DNA of 63,445 bases, filler included, from Chiloscyllium plagiosum (lineage: Eukaryota): assembly GCF_004010195.1 (NCBI RefSeq). It is 3 parts of one record of this genome, joined end to end, with 100 filler letters (N's around TTAATTAATTAA, not from the genome) between each part and the next. Parts side by side here need not be neighbours in the genome. Positions count along the whole stretch, not along the records: positions 1 to 30,038 come from NC_057710.1; positions 30,139 to 48,390 come from NC_057710.1; 1 more part is not named here. One strand, written 5' to 3'. Shown here one piece after another: positions 26,605 to 38,815 of the stretch. Below the pieces are notes generated by a model that searched no databases, was not told the DNA's origin, and saw only the letters and a program-made list of their open reading frames with translations. Each line of letters starts with the position of its first letter. Within the stretch, counting starts at the first letter, position 1. The translations under genes and the position numbers were made by a program.

Positions 26605-26761
26605 CATTACAGTCTTGTTTTAGATATGGGCGAAAGAGCTGAATTCCAGAGGTGAGGTGAGGTGAGAGTGACAGCCCTTGACATCAAGGTTGCATTCAAC
26701 ATGTGGCTTCAAGGAGTCCTAGCAAAACAAGAATAATTGGGTGTCAGATCAAATTCTCTGT

Positions 26762-27073
26762 TTAGATTAGATTACTTACAGTGTGGAAACAGGCCCTTTG
26801 GCCCAACAAGTCCACACCGACCCGCCGAAGCGCAACCCACCCATACCCCTACATTTACCCCTTACCTAACACGACAGGCAATTTAGCATGGCCAATTCAC
26901 CTGACCTGCACATCTTTGGACTGTGGGAGGAAACCGGAGCACCCGGAGGAAACCCACGCAGACACGGGGAGAACGTGCAAACTCCACACAGTCAGTTGCC
27001 TGAGGCAGGAATTGAACCCGGGTCTCTGGCACTGTGAGGCAGCAGTGCTAACCACTGTGCCACCGTGCTGCCC
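26762..27073 (-). mobile_element. HE1 V-SINE, full length
   Basis: Reverse complement of the same consensus; ttagattagatt tail. Confidence 0.95.
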
Positions 27074-27609
27074 CTAACTGCCATCCAGTTGTTGGAGTAA
27101 CAACCAGTTGTTGGAGCTGTTGTTGGAGTAATGCCTGGCACATAAGATAGTTATGGTTAGTGGAGGTCATCTCAGCTCCAGGACATCTCTGCATGGGTTC
27201 CTCAGGGCAGTGTCCTAGGTCCAACCGTCTTCATCAATGACCTTCCCTTTATCATAAGGTCAGAAGTGGGGATGTTCACCACTGATTACAAAATGTTAGC
27301 ACAATCTGTGATTCCTCAGAGACTGAAACAGCCTATGTTCAAATACAAGAACACCTGGACTATATCCAGGCTTGGGCTGACAAGTGGCAAGTAACCTTTG
27401 CATCACACAAATGCCTGACAATGACCATCTCCAATAAGAGAGAGTCGAAATAGCACCCCTTGACATTCCCTTGCTAACCTTTAGTTATTTCTGTACAAGG
27501 ATGCTCTGATCCTTCTGTACTGAAGAATTCTGCAGTCCTTTTCCATTTAAATAATATCATACTTCATTATTCCTCCTGCCAAAGTGAAAATCCTCACATT
27601 TTCCCACAT

Positions 27610-29675
27610 AATACACCAGCTACCAAATATTTGTCTTTTGCGAATCTTATCAGATCGAATGGATCAGTTGGAGAGACAGTTAGAAGCGATGAGGAATTTG
27701 CAACAGCAACAGTATGTGATGGATGGCAGTTATAGGAAGGGGGGAAAGTCTCAGATACAGTCACATAGATGGGTTAACTCCAGGAAAGGTAAGAGAGGTA
27801 GGCAGCTAGTGCAGGAGTCTTTTGTGGATATACCCATTTCAAACAAGTATGCTATTTGGAAAATGTAGGGGATGATGGATTCTCAGGGGAACGTAGCTCG
27901 AACAGCCAAGTTTCTGGTTTTGAGACTGGCTCTAATGCAACGAGGGGTACGCCGGATTCCAAGAGATCAATTGTGTTAGTGGATTCTCTAGTTCGAGGTA
28001 CAGACAGACGTTTCTGTGGCCAGCAGTGAAAAAGCAGAATGGTGTGTTGCTTCCCTGGTTCAAGGATGTCTCAGAGAGGGTGCAGAATATTCTCAAGGGG
28101 GAGATGGGCCAGCAAGAGGTCATTGTCCACATTGGAACCAATGACATAGGAAGGGAAAAGGTTGAGATTCTGAAGGGAAATTACAGAGAGCGAGGCAGAA
28201 ATTTAGAAAGGAGGTCCTCAAGAGTAGTGATATCTGGATTACTCCCAGTGCTACGAGCTAGTGAGGGCAGGAATAGGAGGATAGAGCAGATGAATGCATG
28301 GCTGAGAAGCTGGTGTGTGAGAGAAGGATTCACATTTTTGGTCATTGGAATCTCTTTTGTGGTAGAAGTGACCTGTACAAGAAGGACGGATTGCACTTAA
28401 ATTGGAAGGGGACTAATATACTGGCAGGAAAATTTGGTGGAGCTACTTGGGAGGATTTAAACTAATAAGGTGGGGTGGTGGGACCCAGGGAGATACTGAG
28501 GAAAGAGATCAATCTGAGATTGGTACAGTTAAGAACAGAAGTGAGTCAAACAGTCAGGGCAGGCAGGGACAAGGTAGGACTAATAAATTAAACTGCATTT
28601 ATTTCAATGTAAGGGGCCTAACAGGGAAGGCAGATGAGCTCAGGGCATGGTTAGGAACATGGGACTGGGATACCAAGCAGTTACAGAAACATAGCTCAGG
28701 GTTGGGCAGGACTGGCAGTTTAATGTGCCAGGATATAAATGCTACAGGAAGAGTAGAAAGGGAGGCAAGAGAGGAGGGGAGGTGGCATTACAGCTGTGCT
28801 GAGGGAGGATATTCCCGGAAATACATCCAGGGAAGTTATTTGGGTGGAACTGAGAAATAAGAAAGGGATGATAACCTTATTGGGATTGCATTATGGACCC
28901 CCTAATGGTCAGAGGGAAATTGAGAAACAAACTTGTAAGGAGATCTCAGCTATCTGTAAGGATAATAGGGTGGCTATGGTAGGGAATTTTAACTTTCCAA
29001 ACATAGACTGGGACTGCCATAGTGTTAAGGGTTTAGATAGAGGGGAATTTGTTAAGTGTGCACAAGACAATTTTCTGATTCAGTATGTGGATGTACCTAC
29101 TAGAGAAGGTGCAAAACTTGACCTATTCTTGGGAAATAAGGCAGGGCAGGTGAGTGAGGTGTTAGTGGGGGAGCACTTTGGGGCTAGTGACCATAATTCT
29201 ATTAGATTCAAAATAATGATGGAAAAGGATAGACCAGACCTAAAAGTTGAAGTTCTAAGTTGGAGAAAGGCCAATTTTGATGGTATTAGGCAAGAACTTG
29301 CGAAAGCTGACTGGGGGCAGATTTTCGCAGGTAAAAGGACGGCTGGAAAATGGGAAGCCTTCCGAAACGAGATAACGAGAATCCAGAGAAAGTATATTCC
29401 TGTTAGGGTGAAAGGAAAGGCTGATAGGTATAGGGAATGCTGGATGACTAAAGAAATTGATGGTTTGGTTAAAGAAAAGAAGGAAGCATATGTAAGGTAT
29501 AGACAGGATAGATCGAGTGAATCCTTGGAAGAGTATAAAGGAAGTAGGAGTATACTTAAGAGAGAAATCAGGAGGGCAAAAAGTGGACATGAGATAGCTT
29601 TGGCAAATAGAATTAAGGAGAATCCAAGGAGTTTTTACAAATACATTAAGGACAAAAGGGTAACTAGGGAGAGAT
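27610..29675 (+). mobile_element. HER1/CR1 5' region: ORF1 (coiled coil, esterase) and ORF2 endonuclease
   Basis: MDQLERQLEAMRNL; VHIGTNDIG; CIYFNVRGL; VGNFNFPNIDW; GASDHNSIRF. Confidence 0.92.
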
Positions 29676-30038
29676 TAGGGATGGAAATGTGTTGCTGGAA
29701 AAGCGCAGCAGGTCAGGCAGCATCTAGGGAACAGGAGAATCGACGTTTCGGGCATTAGCCCTTCTTCAGGAAGGAGGAAAGTTGGTCCAGCAGGCTAAGA
29801 TAAAAGATAGGGAGGAGGGACGTGGGGGAGGGGCGTCGGAAATGTGATAGGTGGAAAGAGGACAAGGTGAGGGTGATAGGTCAGACTGGGGTGGGGGCGG
29901 AGAGGTCGGGAAGAAGATTGCAGGTTAGGAAGGCGGTGCTGAATTTGATGGATTTGACTGAGACAGGCTGGGGAGAGGGGAAATGAGGAAACTGGTGAAA
30001 CCCGAGTTCATCCCTTGTGGTTGGAGAGTTCCTAGCCG
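29676..30038 (-). mobile_element. PLE 3' terminus with an intact hammerhead motif, running into a gap
   Basis: Minus strand cCUGAAGA-A-GGGC-UAAU-GCCC-GAAA-CGUC at ~29742-29769; LQPQGMNSGFTSF tail. Confidence 0.88.
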
Positions 30039-30138
30039 NNNNNNNNNNNNNNNNNNNNNNNNNNNNNNNNNNNNNNNNNNNNTTAATTAATTAANNNNNN
30101 NNNNNNNNNNNNNNNNNNNNNNNNNNNNNNNNNNNNNN
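30039..30138. other. Assembly gap with artificial TTAATTAATTAA linker
   Basis: 44 N + 12-mer + 44 N; identical construct at 48391-48490. Confidence 0.95.
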
Positions 30139-30181
30139 CTAATTGTTCTGTCATATTTTTGCTAATACTCTTCCTTTCCAG

Positions 30182-30300
30182 CAGTTTCCTGGACATTATC
30201 TCCCCAGCTCAAGTTAAGCAAATCTTGCAGCCTCATTTTAAATCCTTAAAAATTTGGGCTTTCCAATTTGAGCATGAGGTTCCATCGGCATTCCCGCAAG
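30182..30300 (+). other. Candidate internal exon of an unidentified transcript
   Basis: ctaat branch-like motif and ctcttcctttccag acceptor; AAG/gtaaat donor; one open frame SFLDIISPAQVKQILQPHFKSLKIWAFQFEHEVPSAFPQ. Confidence 0.45.
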
Positions 30301-30789
30301 GTAAATATAGAAATTTGTTCTTGTTAACTTTGCTATTTGGCTTCCTCTTCGATTCTGGCAGATTAACTTGTGAACTTCTGGGATGTCTTCTTGTATCCAG
30401 CCAGATAGAAATGTTCATTAGTTAACCTTTAGTTTCCAACTATTGGACTCATGTAACTAATTTAAAGCAAAAAAAAAATTATAGTCTGGCATTCTCAATA
30501 CCTGAGACTTGGAGACTAACAGTCTATTCACTTTTAACATAATCTACCATTGTCTACAAGTGTGAATACCTTCCCATGAAAACAACTAAGGGACACCTTT
30601 AATCTTAACAATCCAGTTTGCTGTCGGTGAAATTCAAATCTGCCTCTATGTTACCCTAATTTACTGACAGCCCCAAAATGTAACCATCTTGTAAAAATAA
30701 TTGTCTGGTAGTACTGAACTTAAAACATGTCTAAAAAGAGACATGAGGTTGAAGCTTTTTGGCTTGCACTCATCAGGATTGAAATGAAG

Positions 30790-32322
30790 CATAGCCTTAA
30801 TACGTTTCTTATTCTTGTCAGCTATAAAACGGGTAAGGGAACCCTCTGGCCCCCAATCTAGGTCTTCAGCCGCGCTCCCACCCATGGTAGGGGCGCAGCG
30901 GGTGTAACTTAACAGAAGCTACTTTAAAATAAAGCTAGCAGGCTTGCTAGGGATGTTGCTGGCACTGGCTTATTAATCTCCCAGTCGGGGAGTCCACCCC
31001 CTTCAAGTCAAACCCTAGCCCCGCGGGTCAACCTGGGCAGGGGGGAATAGTTACAGACGGGGCGCATGTCGATTCCCGAGCACGCAACCCCGGGTTTCCG
31101 TGAGTCTCTCTCTCACCGCCTGACGTTCAGCGGCCGTGTGTACCCCACAAACACTGGGCATGAACCAGGGGCCCGAGTGCAAGGGGGGGTGCGTGAAGTC
31201 AGACCTAACCGCGCCTGATCCTACAGAGGCCAATACCTCGGGACCGCGAGGTCAATCGGCAGAGCGTATAACTGCCGGTTGGCCAAAGGCCCCGCGTCTC
31301 GGGCTGGTTTGGAGGACTTCCCTTCTTGTAGCGCGCGTAGACCTCCCAGCCTCTACCGCGTACGCAAGGAAAGGGCTAAAACCGGGCTCAACGTACAATG
31401 GGGTCCCCTAACTCCCACTGCAGGAAGGCTTGTTTGGTCGGTTTTTAAACAGGGGCGTCAATCTGTCGGGGTCTCGTACCTAAAGTCGTCAGTCCAAGGA
31501 TAGTCCGTCAGTCACAGTAGCACATTGACAATAAACGACAATAATAATAATCACACACACTTTTACTAGTGTTCCCCGACTCCAATCGCCCACCCGCGAA
31601 GGATCACTCACACACACACACACACACGTTTAAAGAGTACTCTACCGTTACACGACTGCCGGACTCACTCTGTTCACAGGTTCAGATAACGGCCGGCAGT
31701 GAAGGCCCTTGCGGGGCACTGGGAGACTTTTACGCGAGAAGTAAAAGAGTAAAGATACTCACCCAGTGCCGTCGCAGGGATCCAGCAGCCGTCGTTAACC
31801 AGGACGAAGCCCCCAATTGTTAGCGCGGATGAAATGATATCAGTCTGAGCCCAGAGCGCGGTTCAACAATCGGTAATGTTTATTACTGCAGTAACGCCGA
31901 CGGAGACCAACCAAGGTCCGAATCTCGGCTGCTCTGCTGTTCCCGCGCGCAGCTTCATATTATATACTTTTAGTTGTCAGGATGTGTGGGATTTGAGGAT
32001 GAATGGGATGATAGTTCCCCATCATCACTGGAGTAGGTGCGAATAGGCTGTTTCCTGCCGTCCCAGGAGAGTTGCAGGGCACGCACAATAGGGTGCTAAT
32101 TGGTTTATGTAAAACGGGTCCAGGTATTATCTGCTTCTAGTGTGGATTCTTTCTGTCCTCTGTCTCCTATCTCCCAGTCACGTGGGCAGACCGGCAGCTG
32201 CTAAGTTTTTGTGGGTTTTAAAGCTGCGACTGCTGTTTAAAACACAAAAATGAATTCTTATCGTTTCCTGATGTAGGCATAGTCCCGTGGCAAATGCGGG
32301 GCGGCTCTGATGCCCGGTTGCA
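30790..32322 (-). mobile_element. ERV-B: 5' LTR, tRNA-Pro PBS, leader and truncated gag start
   Basis: LTR 31818-32322 TG...CA with TATA-like box and AATAAA; PBS TGGGGGC(T)TCGTCC; donor G/GTGAGT at 31762; accATGG start MGGSAAE at 30885. Confidence 0.82.
31818..32322 (-). repeat. ERV-B LTR (505 bp)
   Basis: Minus strand starts TGCAACC, ends GCTAACA; AATAAA at 31879-31884; followed after 2 nt by the PBS. Confidence 0.8.
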
Positions 32323-32860
32323 ATCCCAATTATCTTCTACTTGTACCTGAGGTGTGACGACCTCCCTGTAACTCCTCTCAATAACCCCCTCCGGCTCCCG
32401 TATGATCCAAAGTTCATCCAGCTCCAGCTCCAGTTCCCTAAAGCGGTTTTCGAGAAGCTGAAATTGGGGGCACTTCCCGCAGATGCAGTCAGCAGGGACC
32501 CAGGTGGTGATCCTTACCTCCCACATTCTGCAGAAGGAACACTCAACTGCCCTAACCTCCGATCCCATAATTCTAAATTCCCAAAGAGACTATTCAAAAA
32601 CAAAGAATAAAAAAAAACTAGTTACCTTACCAATCCAGCACACAGAACTTTGTTTTGGTTTGAGGAAGAGGATGGATGGGAGACAGTGTCTCAGTAGTGT
32701 TTCAGGTAATGCAACCACCCAAATATATTACCTCACTTACTAAGCAGTCCCATGTCTGCTCCTGCTCAGCATGTGCTTCACCTATTCATGAGGTAAGTCT
32801 TAAAGCAATGATTCACCTTACCTGGTCGTCACCCCCGCTCTTCCTGCTGCTAGACAGAAA
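32323..32860 (-). mobile_element. CR1 5' end: 5' UTR and ORF1 zinc-finger/coiled-coil N-terminus, cut by ERV-B
   Basis: ORF MGSEVRAVECSFCRMWE..CICGKC..ELELELDEL ends exactly at the LTR edge. Confidence 0.85.
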
Positions 32861-33080
32861 TGGAGGGCCCCGACACTCGAAGTAAGCTCTTAAAGTAGTC
32901 CCATGGTTGTCTCCGTTGAGATTGTCTCTAGAAGGCCATATGGACATCAAGGGGACCTGGGGTAGTCCGATCTCCCCTTCCTGAAAGATTGGATATGCAT
33001 ATTCTAGGGGAGGAAGTGAGAAAATATCTGCATTAGTTAACCGAAACTCTTCAAAGTCTACAGTCACGGGTATGCCAAGT

Positions 33081-33402
33081 GGGCGGCACAGTGGCACAGT
33101 AGTTAGCACTACTGCCTCACAGCGCCAGAGACCCGGGTTCAATTCCCACCTCAGGCGACTGACTGTGTGGAGTTTGCATGTTCTCCCCGTGTCTGCGTGG
33201 GTTTCCTCCGAGTGCTCCGGTTTCCTCCCACAGTCCAAAGATGTGCAGGTCAGGTGAATTGGCCATGCTAAATTGCCCGTAATGTTAGGTAAGGGGTAAA
33301 TTTAGGGGTATGGGTGGGTTGCGCTTCAGCGGGGCGGTGTGAACTTGTTGGGCCGAAGGGCCTGTTTCCACACTGTAATGTAATGTAATGTAATCTAATC
33401 TA
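33081..33402 (+). mobile_element. HE1 V-SINE inside ERV-C integrase
   Basis: Full-length consensus match. Confidence 0.95.
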
Positions 33403-34659
33403 TTGAGAGGGTGATGATTTGCTTGAAGGAGGTTACCTTACTTAGAACCTGGAGACTTTGTCCTGATTAAGAACTGGGACCGGCGTAAGTAGGAGCCAAG
33501 ATGGAAAGAACCATTTCAGGCGTTGCTGACCACCCCCATGACTGTGAAAGTGTAAGGACAACTCCGCTGGATCAATAGAACTGACTGTAAATGAGTCAGT
33601 GAAGGAACAGACAAGGATTAAGGAAGAAAACTACTTTGGATCCAGCTGACTTTGGTGACTTTTGGGGATTTCACTTTGGGAGCAGAAGGATTTCAGACTG
33701 ACACCTCTATGTGCCTGGGAGGGTGACTAAGGAGACTAAGAATGCCTTTTTGTATTTAGCTTATCAAAGTGTCCATATGACAGGAAAATAAACTGATTGT
33801 TGGGTATATAGTCATGTGTTGCCCTATTCACAGGGGCTATTCCTTTGTGGCCTGTCTCCTTTAGCTGGCCCGAGATAGCCGAATGGTGAATACGCTGGAA
33901 CTCTTCAGGTGATCCTGATAAAACTCAGGATGTTCGAGAATGGTGGTCAGCAGGGTACGATATGACTCTATTCAGAGATTGGTACCAATCTGGCTCTAAC
34001 AGATCCCATCTACCCCCTTTTTTTTGGTAGACCTTAACAATACCAATAGCAACACTATTTAGCCAAGACAGGAACTTCTACATTTGTATAGGGTCTAGTT
34101 GGTGCTCGTTCATTATCCCATGGATTGGACCTAGCCAAAACGTAATGAAATTTGGTTACCTTTTGTTTGATTGGTCCGCTGTCCTTAATAAGACTGATGT
34201 CTTATAAGGCTCCCTCTGGAATGATCCTGCTCCCAATCCATGGACGGGCGGATATTCTGGCCTAACCGCCTATAACAGCATCTATTTTATTTGCGAACTC
34301 AAAGCCAATCTGTGGCTTCCCTCATACTTGTGGGATCATGTTATATAGGATATGTTGTACTTACATTCCTGACAAATCCACCAATATTACTGACCTCTCC
34401 GAGCACGTTACCCAGGAGATCCAGAAAATCGGAGAAGTTGACTACGGCCTGCATGGGTTCAGTAAAAACACAGGATGGTGGCCGTTTGGGCGTCTCTTTG
34501 GGAATATTGGGGGCATGTTGTTACATTTCAGGATTATCATACTTACTGTAATTACCTGCATTCTTGCATTCAGATGCTTATGGCCACTGATATCTGATTG
34601 CTTTCATTATAGGCTTTAGGAATGACCTGATTGATCGTAAAATGATCAAAAGAAGGGAA

Positions 34660-35249
34660 TGATAAAGTATTGGAGAATCAATGGTTAAAAGTCTGTATTT
34701 GCAATAATGGTTTGCCTTACAAATTCAAAATGGAAGCTGCAGTCACAGGGGTTGTGAGAATTACAAAGTAGAAGAATGCAAGCGCCTTTCCATAACTTTG
34801 GAGATGTGCCTGTATACACTTCTTCCCAGTACTAGAACTAGGATGTTTTTAGTTTCAATCAATACAGCATTGTTAACTGCCTTGCTTTATCTACTTTTGA
34901 CTTACAAGAACAGTACCAGATGTAATAACATTTAAGTCAATAACTTTGTTTTGAATTATGTGAATAGCACTAGATGTAGTTACATTTAAATCAGCTACTT
35001 TGCTTCTCTACCTTTGCCTTATGAGAACTATACTAGAAGTAGTAAAGTTAAATATGTGGGAATGAGAACAAGTGAATTAGTTATGCACATGAGGACTATA
35101 AAATATACTACTTTTATGCTAGAGGGCAGAGATCTGTTAATGGCTTGATTGCTTCTCTGGGGTGTTGACTACTGATCTCTCACTGGCTTAACTGAAATAA
35201 AGTGTGTGTTGAAATTGAAATCTTTGTGTGGTCCGAACCTTTTTGATCA
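34660..35249 (+). repeat. ERV-C LTR (590 bp)
   Basis: TGAT...ATCA termini; TATAAAA at ~35097; AATAAA at 35196-35201; preceded by the PPT. Confidence 0.82.
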
Positions 35250-35382
35250 ATGCCAGGGAGATAACATCCATTGGTTCTCCTTGGTCTCATCTGCTTGTTA
35301 CTTCCTCAAAGAATTCTAGCAGATTTGTCAGGCATGATTTCCCCTTGATAAAGCAATGCTGACTCTGCTCTATTTTACCATA

Positions 35383-36198
35383 CATGGACTTCAACAAAGT
35401 GTTCAACAAGGATCCACATGGTAGACTGGTTAGCAAGGTTAGATCACATGGAATCCAGGGAGACCGAGCCATTTGGACACAAAATTGACATGAAGGTACC
35501 AGACAGAGGGTTGTGGTGGAGGGTTGTTTTTCAGAATGGAGTCTGTGACCTGCGGTGGCCACAAGGATTGGTGTTGGGCCCACTGCTTTTCCTCACTAAC
35601 CTACGAGGTATGGAGATTACACCAAAATTGGTGGTGTAGTGGACTGCAAAGAAGGTTAGCACAGAGTACAATGGGACTCTGATCAGATGGGCCAATGGGC
35701 CAAGCAGGGTCAGATGGAATTTAATTTAGATAAATATGGCATGTGGCATTTTGGTAAAGCTAGTCAGGGCAGGACTTATAGATTGAAAAATGTGTTGCTG
35801 GAAAAGTGCAGCAGGTCAGGCAGCATCCAAGGAGCAGGAGAATCGGCGTTTCGGGCATAAGTCCTTCTTCACTTATAGACTTGATGGTAAGGTGCTGGGG
35901 AGTGTTGCCAAACCAAGAGACCTTGGAGTGCAGGTTCATAATTCCTCGAAAGTTCCTTGGAGGTGCAGGTTGACAGGGTAATGAAGAAGGCATTTGGTAT
36001 GCTTGCTTTATTAGTCAGTGCCTTGAATATAGAAGTTGGGATATCATGTTGCAGCTGTACAGGACATTCATTAGGCCACGTTTGAAATATTGCGTTCGGT
36101 TCTGGTCTCCCTGCTATAGGTGAAACTTGAAAGGGTTCAGAAAAGATTTACAAGGGTGTTGCTGGTATTGGAGGGTTTGGCTATAGAGAGAGGCTGAG
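35383..36198 (+). mobile_element. HER1/CR1 RT fragment with an 88-bp PLE repeat insertion (35783-35870)
   Basis: MDFNKVFNK, PQGLVLGPLLF; 9-bp TSD acttataga at 35774-35782 and 35871-35879. Confidence 0.88.
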
Positions 36199-36387
36199 TT
36201 CCTCTTTTAAGGTATTATTCTTATAAACCACTTCTGCATTCTCTCCAACACATTTACATCCTTGCAGTATGGTGGCATCAAGAGTCTGTCTATGCATTTT
36301 TTGCCTCTTAGATACTTGATATTGCCTGTCTTTATTTGCTACAGCCCGATAACAATGAAACTCTCATGCTTTCAGCTCAAACACAAC

Positions 36388-36422
36388 CACCTGATGAAGG
36401 AGTGTCGCTCCGAAAGCTAGTG
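36388..36422 (+). ncRNA. Minimal hammerhead motif in a solitary PLE terminal fragment (36381-36470)
   Basis: CAC-CUGAUGA-A-GGAGU-GUC-GCUCC-GAAA-GCUA-GUG; stem I CAC/GUG. Confidence 0.72.
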
Positions 36423-36684
36423 CTTCCAATTAAACCTGTTGGACTATAACCTGGTGTTGTGTGATTTTCAAATTATTAAAGTTAGTCATTGTCTTACTCA
36501 CCCCTATGTATGGCACAAAGCAAGTTTTTAACTGTCCAACATTTGCCGAGGAATGTTTTGTCTTGATTGTTAGCCAGTTTAATATCAAAGCATACTTTAA
36601 ATCAACTACTTTTTAAAAATTCCCTTTAAATTTCTTGGCAATTTTTCAAGGTTCATGAAGGCACACATAGAGCTAATATCACTT

Positions 36685-37058
36685 GGAGATATAATGGTAT
36701 TATCCATTGGAATATTAATCCAGAGACTGGATAATGTTCTGGAGACCTGGTTCAAATCCTGCCATGGTAAATGGTGGAATTTGAATTCAGGAGTCTAAGA
36801 ATGACCATGAAACCATTTTTGATTGTCGGGTTCACTAATGTCCTTCAGTGAAGGAGAATGGCATCCTTACCTGGATTGGTTCCTGGGGTGAGAAAGTGAT
36901 GCTATGATGACTGGCTGAGTAACCTGGCTGTATATTGCCTAGAGGTTAGATGAAGGAGAAGTGATTTCAACTGTGATTCCAGACCTGCAGTAATGTGGTT
37001 AACGCTTCAATAAGTGCTGGCCTAGCAATTTTCTCATCCTGTGAATGAATGAAAAAAA
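36685..37058 (+). mobile_element. tRNA-headed SINE (family B)
   Basis: tggtattatc..ggttcaaatcctgccatgg B-box; tail catcctgtgaatgaatgaaaa. Confidence 0.78.
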
Positions 37059-37216
37059 ATCACCACATTACATAATGGAACTGTTCCAGTCACGGTCTCT
37101 TCACCCCAGTTGACTATGAACTCAAACTGTTAAAGTTAATCTCTACTGCAAAAACAGAAAATTTTCCACTTCCCACAACCATCCAAACTTTTGTTCTATT
37201 GCTTCCGATCAAAAAT

Positions 37217-37722
37217 TCTGGTTGTCCTCTTACAAGAAGGATATTAAGCTGGAGAGAGTTCAGAAGAGATTTTCCAGAATATTGCTGGGGATGGAAGGTT
37301 TGAGTTATCAGGAGAGGCTGGATAGGCTGGGACTTTATTCACTAGATCATAGAAGGTTGCGCGGTGACCTGATAGAGGTTTATAAAATCATGAGTGGTAT
37401 ACATAAGTGAATGGTAGGTGCCTTTTTACAAAGAATGGGGGATTTTAAAACCAGGGGACATATTTTTAAGATGAGATTTAAAAAAGACATGAGGGGCAAT
37501 GTTTTTTGCATTGAGAGTGGTGCATGTGTGGAATGAACTGCCAGAGGAAGTGACAGTCACAGGTACAGTTACAATGTGTAAAAGGCAACTAGACAAGTAC
37601 ATGAATACAAAATGTTTGGAGGGATATGGGCCAGGTGGGATTATGGTTGGGATTTAGTTTGGGATTATGGTTGGAGTGGACTGGTTGGAACAAACGGTCT
37701 GTTTCCAAGCCGTATGACTCTC
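37217..37722 (+). mobile_element. HER1/CR1 3' end
   Basis: LERVQKRFSRIL..RLRGDLIEVYKIM. Confidence 0.9.
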
Positions 37723-38324
37723 TAACTGGGGCCAAATACTGTTAGCGCCATTCATCAAAAGTGGTTTACTAGGATTGGTTCCTGAGATGAGAAGATAGTT
37801 CTATGATAATTGGTTGAGTAAATTAGCTATATGTTATCTAATGTTTAGATGAATGAGAAGTGATTTCACTCCACTGGCAAGGTTTTGACAGGTTTAACAG
37901 GAGAGGCATAGAGTCTGTTGAGCAGAGTAATCAAAAAATCAAAGAATCCTTACAGTGCAGAAAGGGGCCATTTAGCCCATCGAGTCTGCATCAACCCTCC
38001 AAAGAGCATTCCACCTTATCCCCATGACCCTGCATTTACCATGGCCAATCCATCTAACCTGCACATGGAATGCAGGGAGAAATCACAGCACCCAATAGAA
38101 ACCCACACAAACATGGGATGAACATGCAAACCCCACAGAGCCACCCAAGGCTGGAATCAAACTGGAATCTGGCACTTTGAGGCTGCAATGTGAACCACTG
38201 AGCCATCTGTATATAGCCTCCTACCCTGGGTAAGTTGATTATTTCAGATGAAATTAGGAAATAGTTCCTTACTCATGGAAATTCTTGATCCCTAATTATT
38301 GTAGATGCTCCATGGATATATTTG

Positions 38325-38815
38325 ATTGATTTATTGATTCATTCATTTATTGTTCACATGAACCTAAGTACAGTGAAAAGCTTTGTTTTGAAGCAGCAAA
38401 GGCAGATCATAGAGTGAAAAGAAACTAGACAGAGGCATTCAAGTTACATCACACAGGGCATGTGCTAGGCAAGATCAGCTTTATTTGAAATTACAGAGTC
38501 CATTCATCTGATGAATGGACTCTGTAATTTCAAATAAAGCTGATGTAACAGTAGGGATGTAACAGTAGGGAAGAAGCTGTTCTTGAACCTGTTGGTGTGT
38601 GTGTTCAAGCTTCTGTATCTTCTGCCTGATGGAAGAGGTTGTAGGAGAGCATTACTGGGGTCGGAGGGGCCTTTGATGATGTTGGCAGCCTTTCCACTGC
38701 AACGGATCATGTAAATGGAGTCCATGCATGGAAGGTTGGCATTCATGATGATCTGGGCTGTGCACACAACTTACTGTTGAAGATGTCAGTGAATACCTCT
38801 GCCAGTTGACAGAGA
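38325..38815 (-). mobile_element. Rex1/Babar LINE 3' end with internal deletion
   Basis: KAANIIKGPSDP..LPSGRRYRSL..TNRFKNSFFP; QLAEVFTDIFN. Confidence 0.85.

Larger units (their letters stand above)
25665..27470 (+). mobile_element. Degenerate L2/CR1-group LINE RT region with two HE1 SINE insertions
   Basis: [45 protein letters not shown] in broken frames. Confidence 0.8.
32860..35249 (+). mobile_element. ERV-C 3' half: integrase C-terminus, deleted env, PPT and 3' LTR
   Basis: EPGDFVLIKNW..EPRWKEPFQALLTTP; env TM ICCTYIPDKSTNIT plus hydrophobic anchor; PPT aaaagaagggaa; LTR 34660-35249. Confidence 0.85.

Noticed and set aside
26238..27077. Recurrent peptide CGRKPEHPEETHADTG as a gene family
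   Set aside because: Antisense translation of HE1 SINE copies.
28796..29758. 320-aa ORF as a host gene or fusion protein
   Set aside because: CR1 endonuclease/tether region reading through into an antisense PLE repeat.
30083..30094. TTAATTAATTAA motif inside N runs (also 48435-48446)
   Set aside because: Identical 44N-12-44N construct; a scaffolding linker, not biology.
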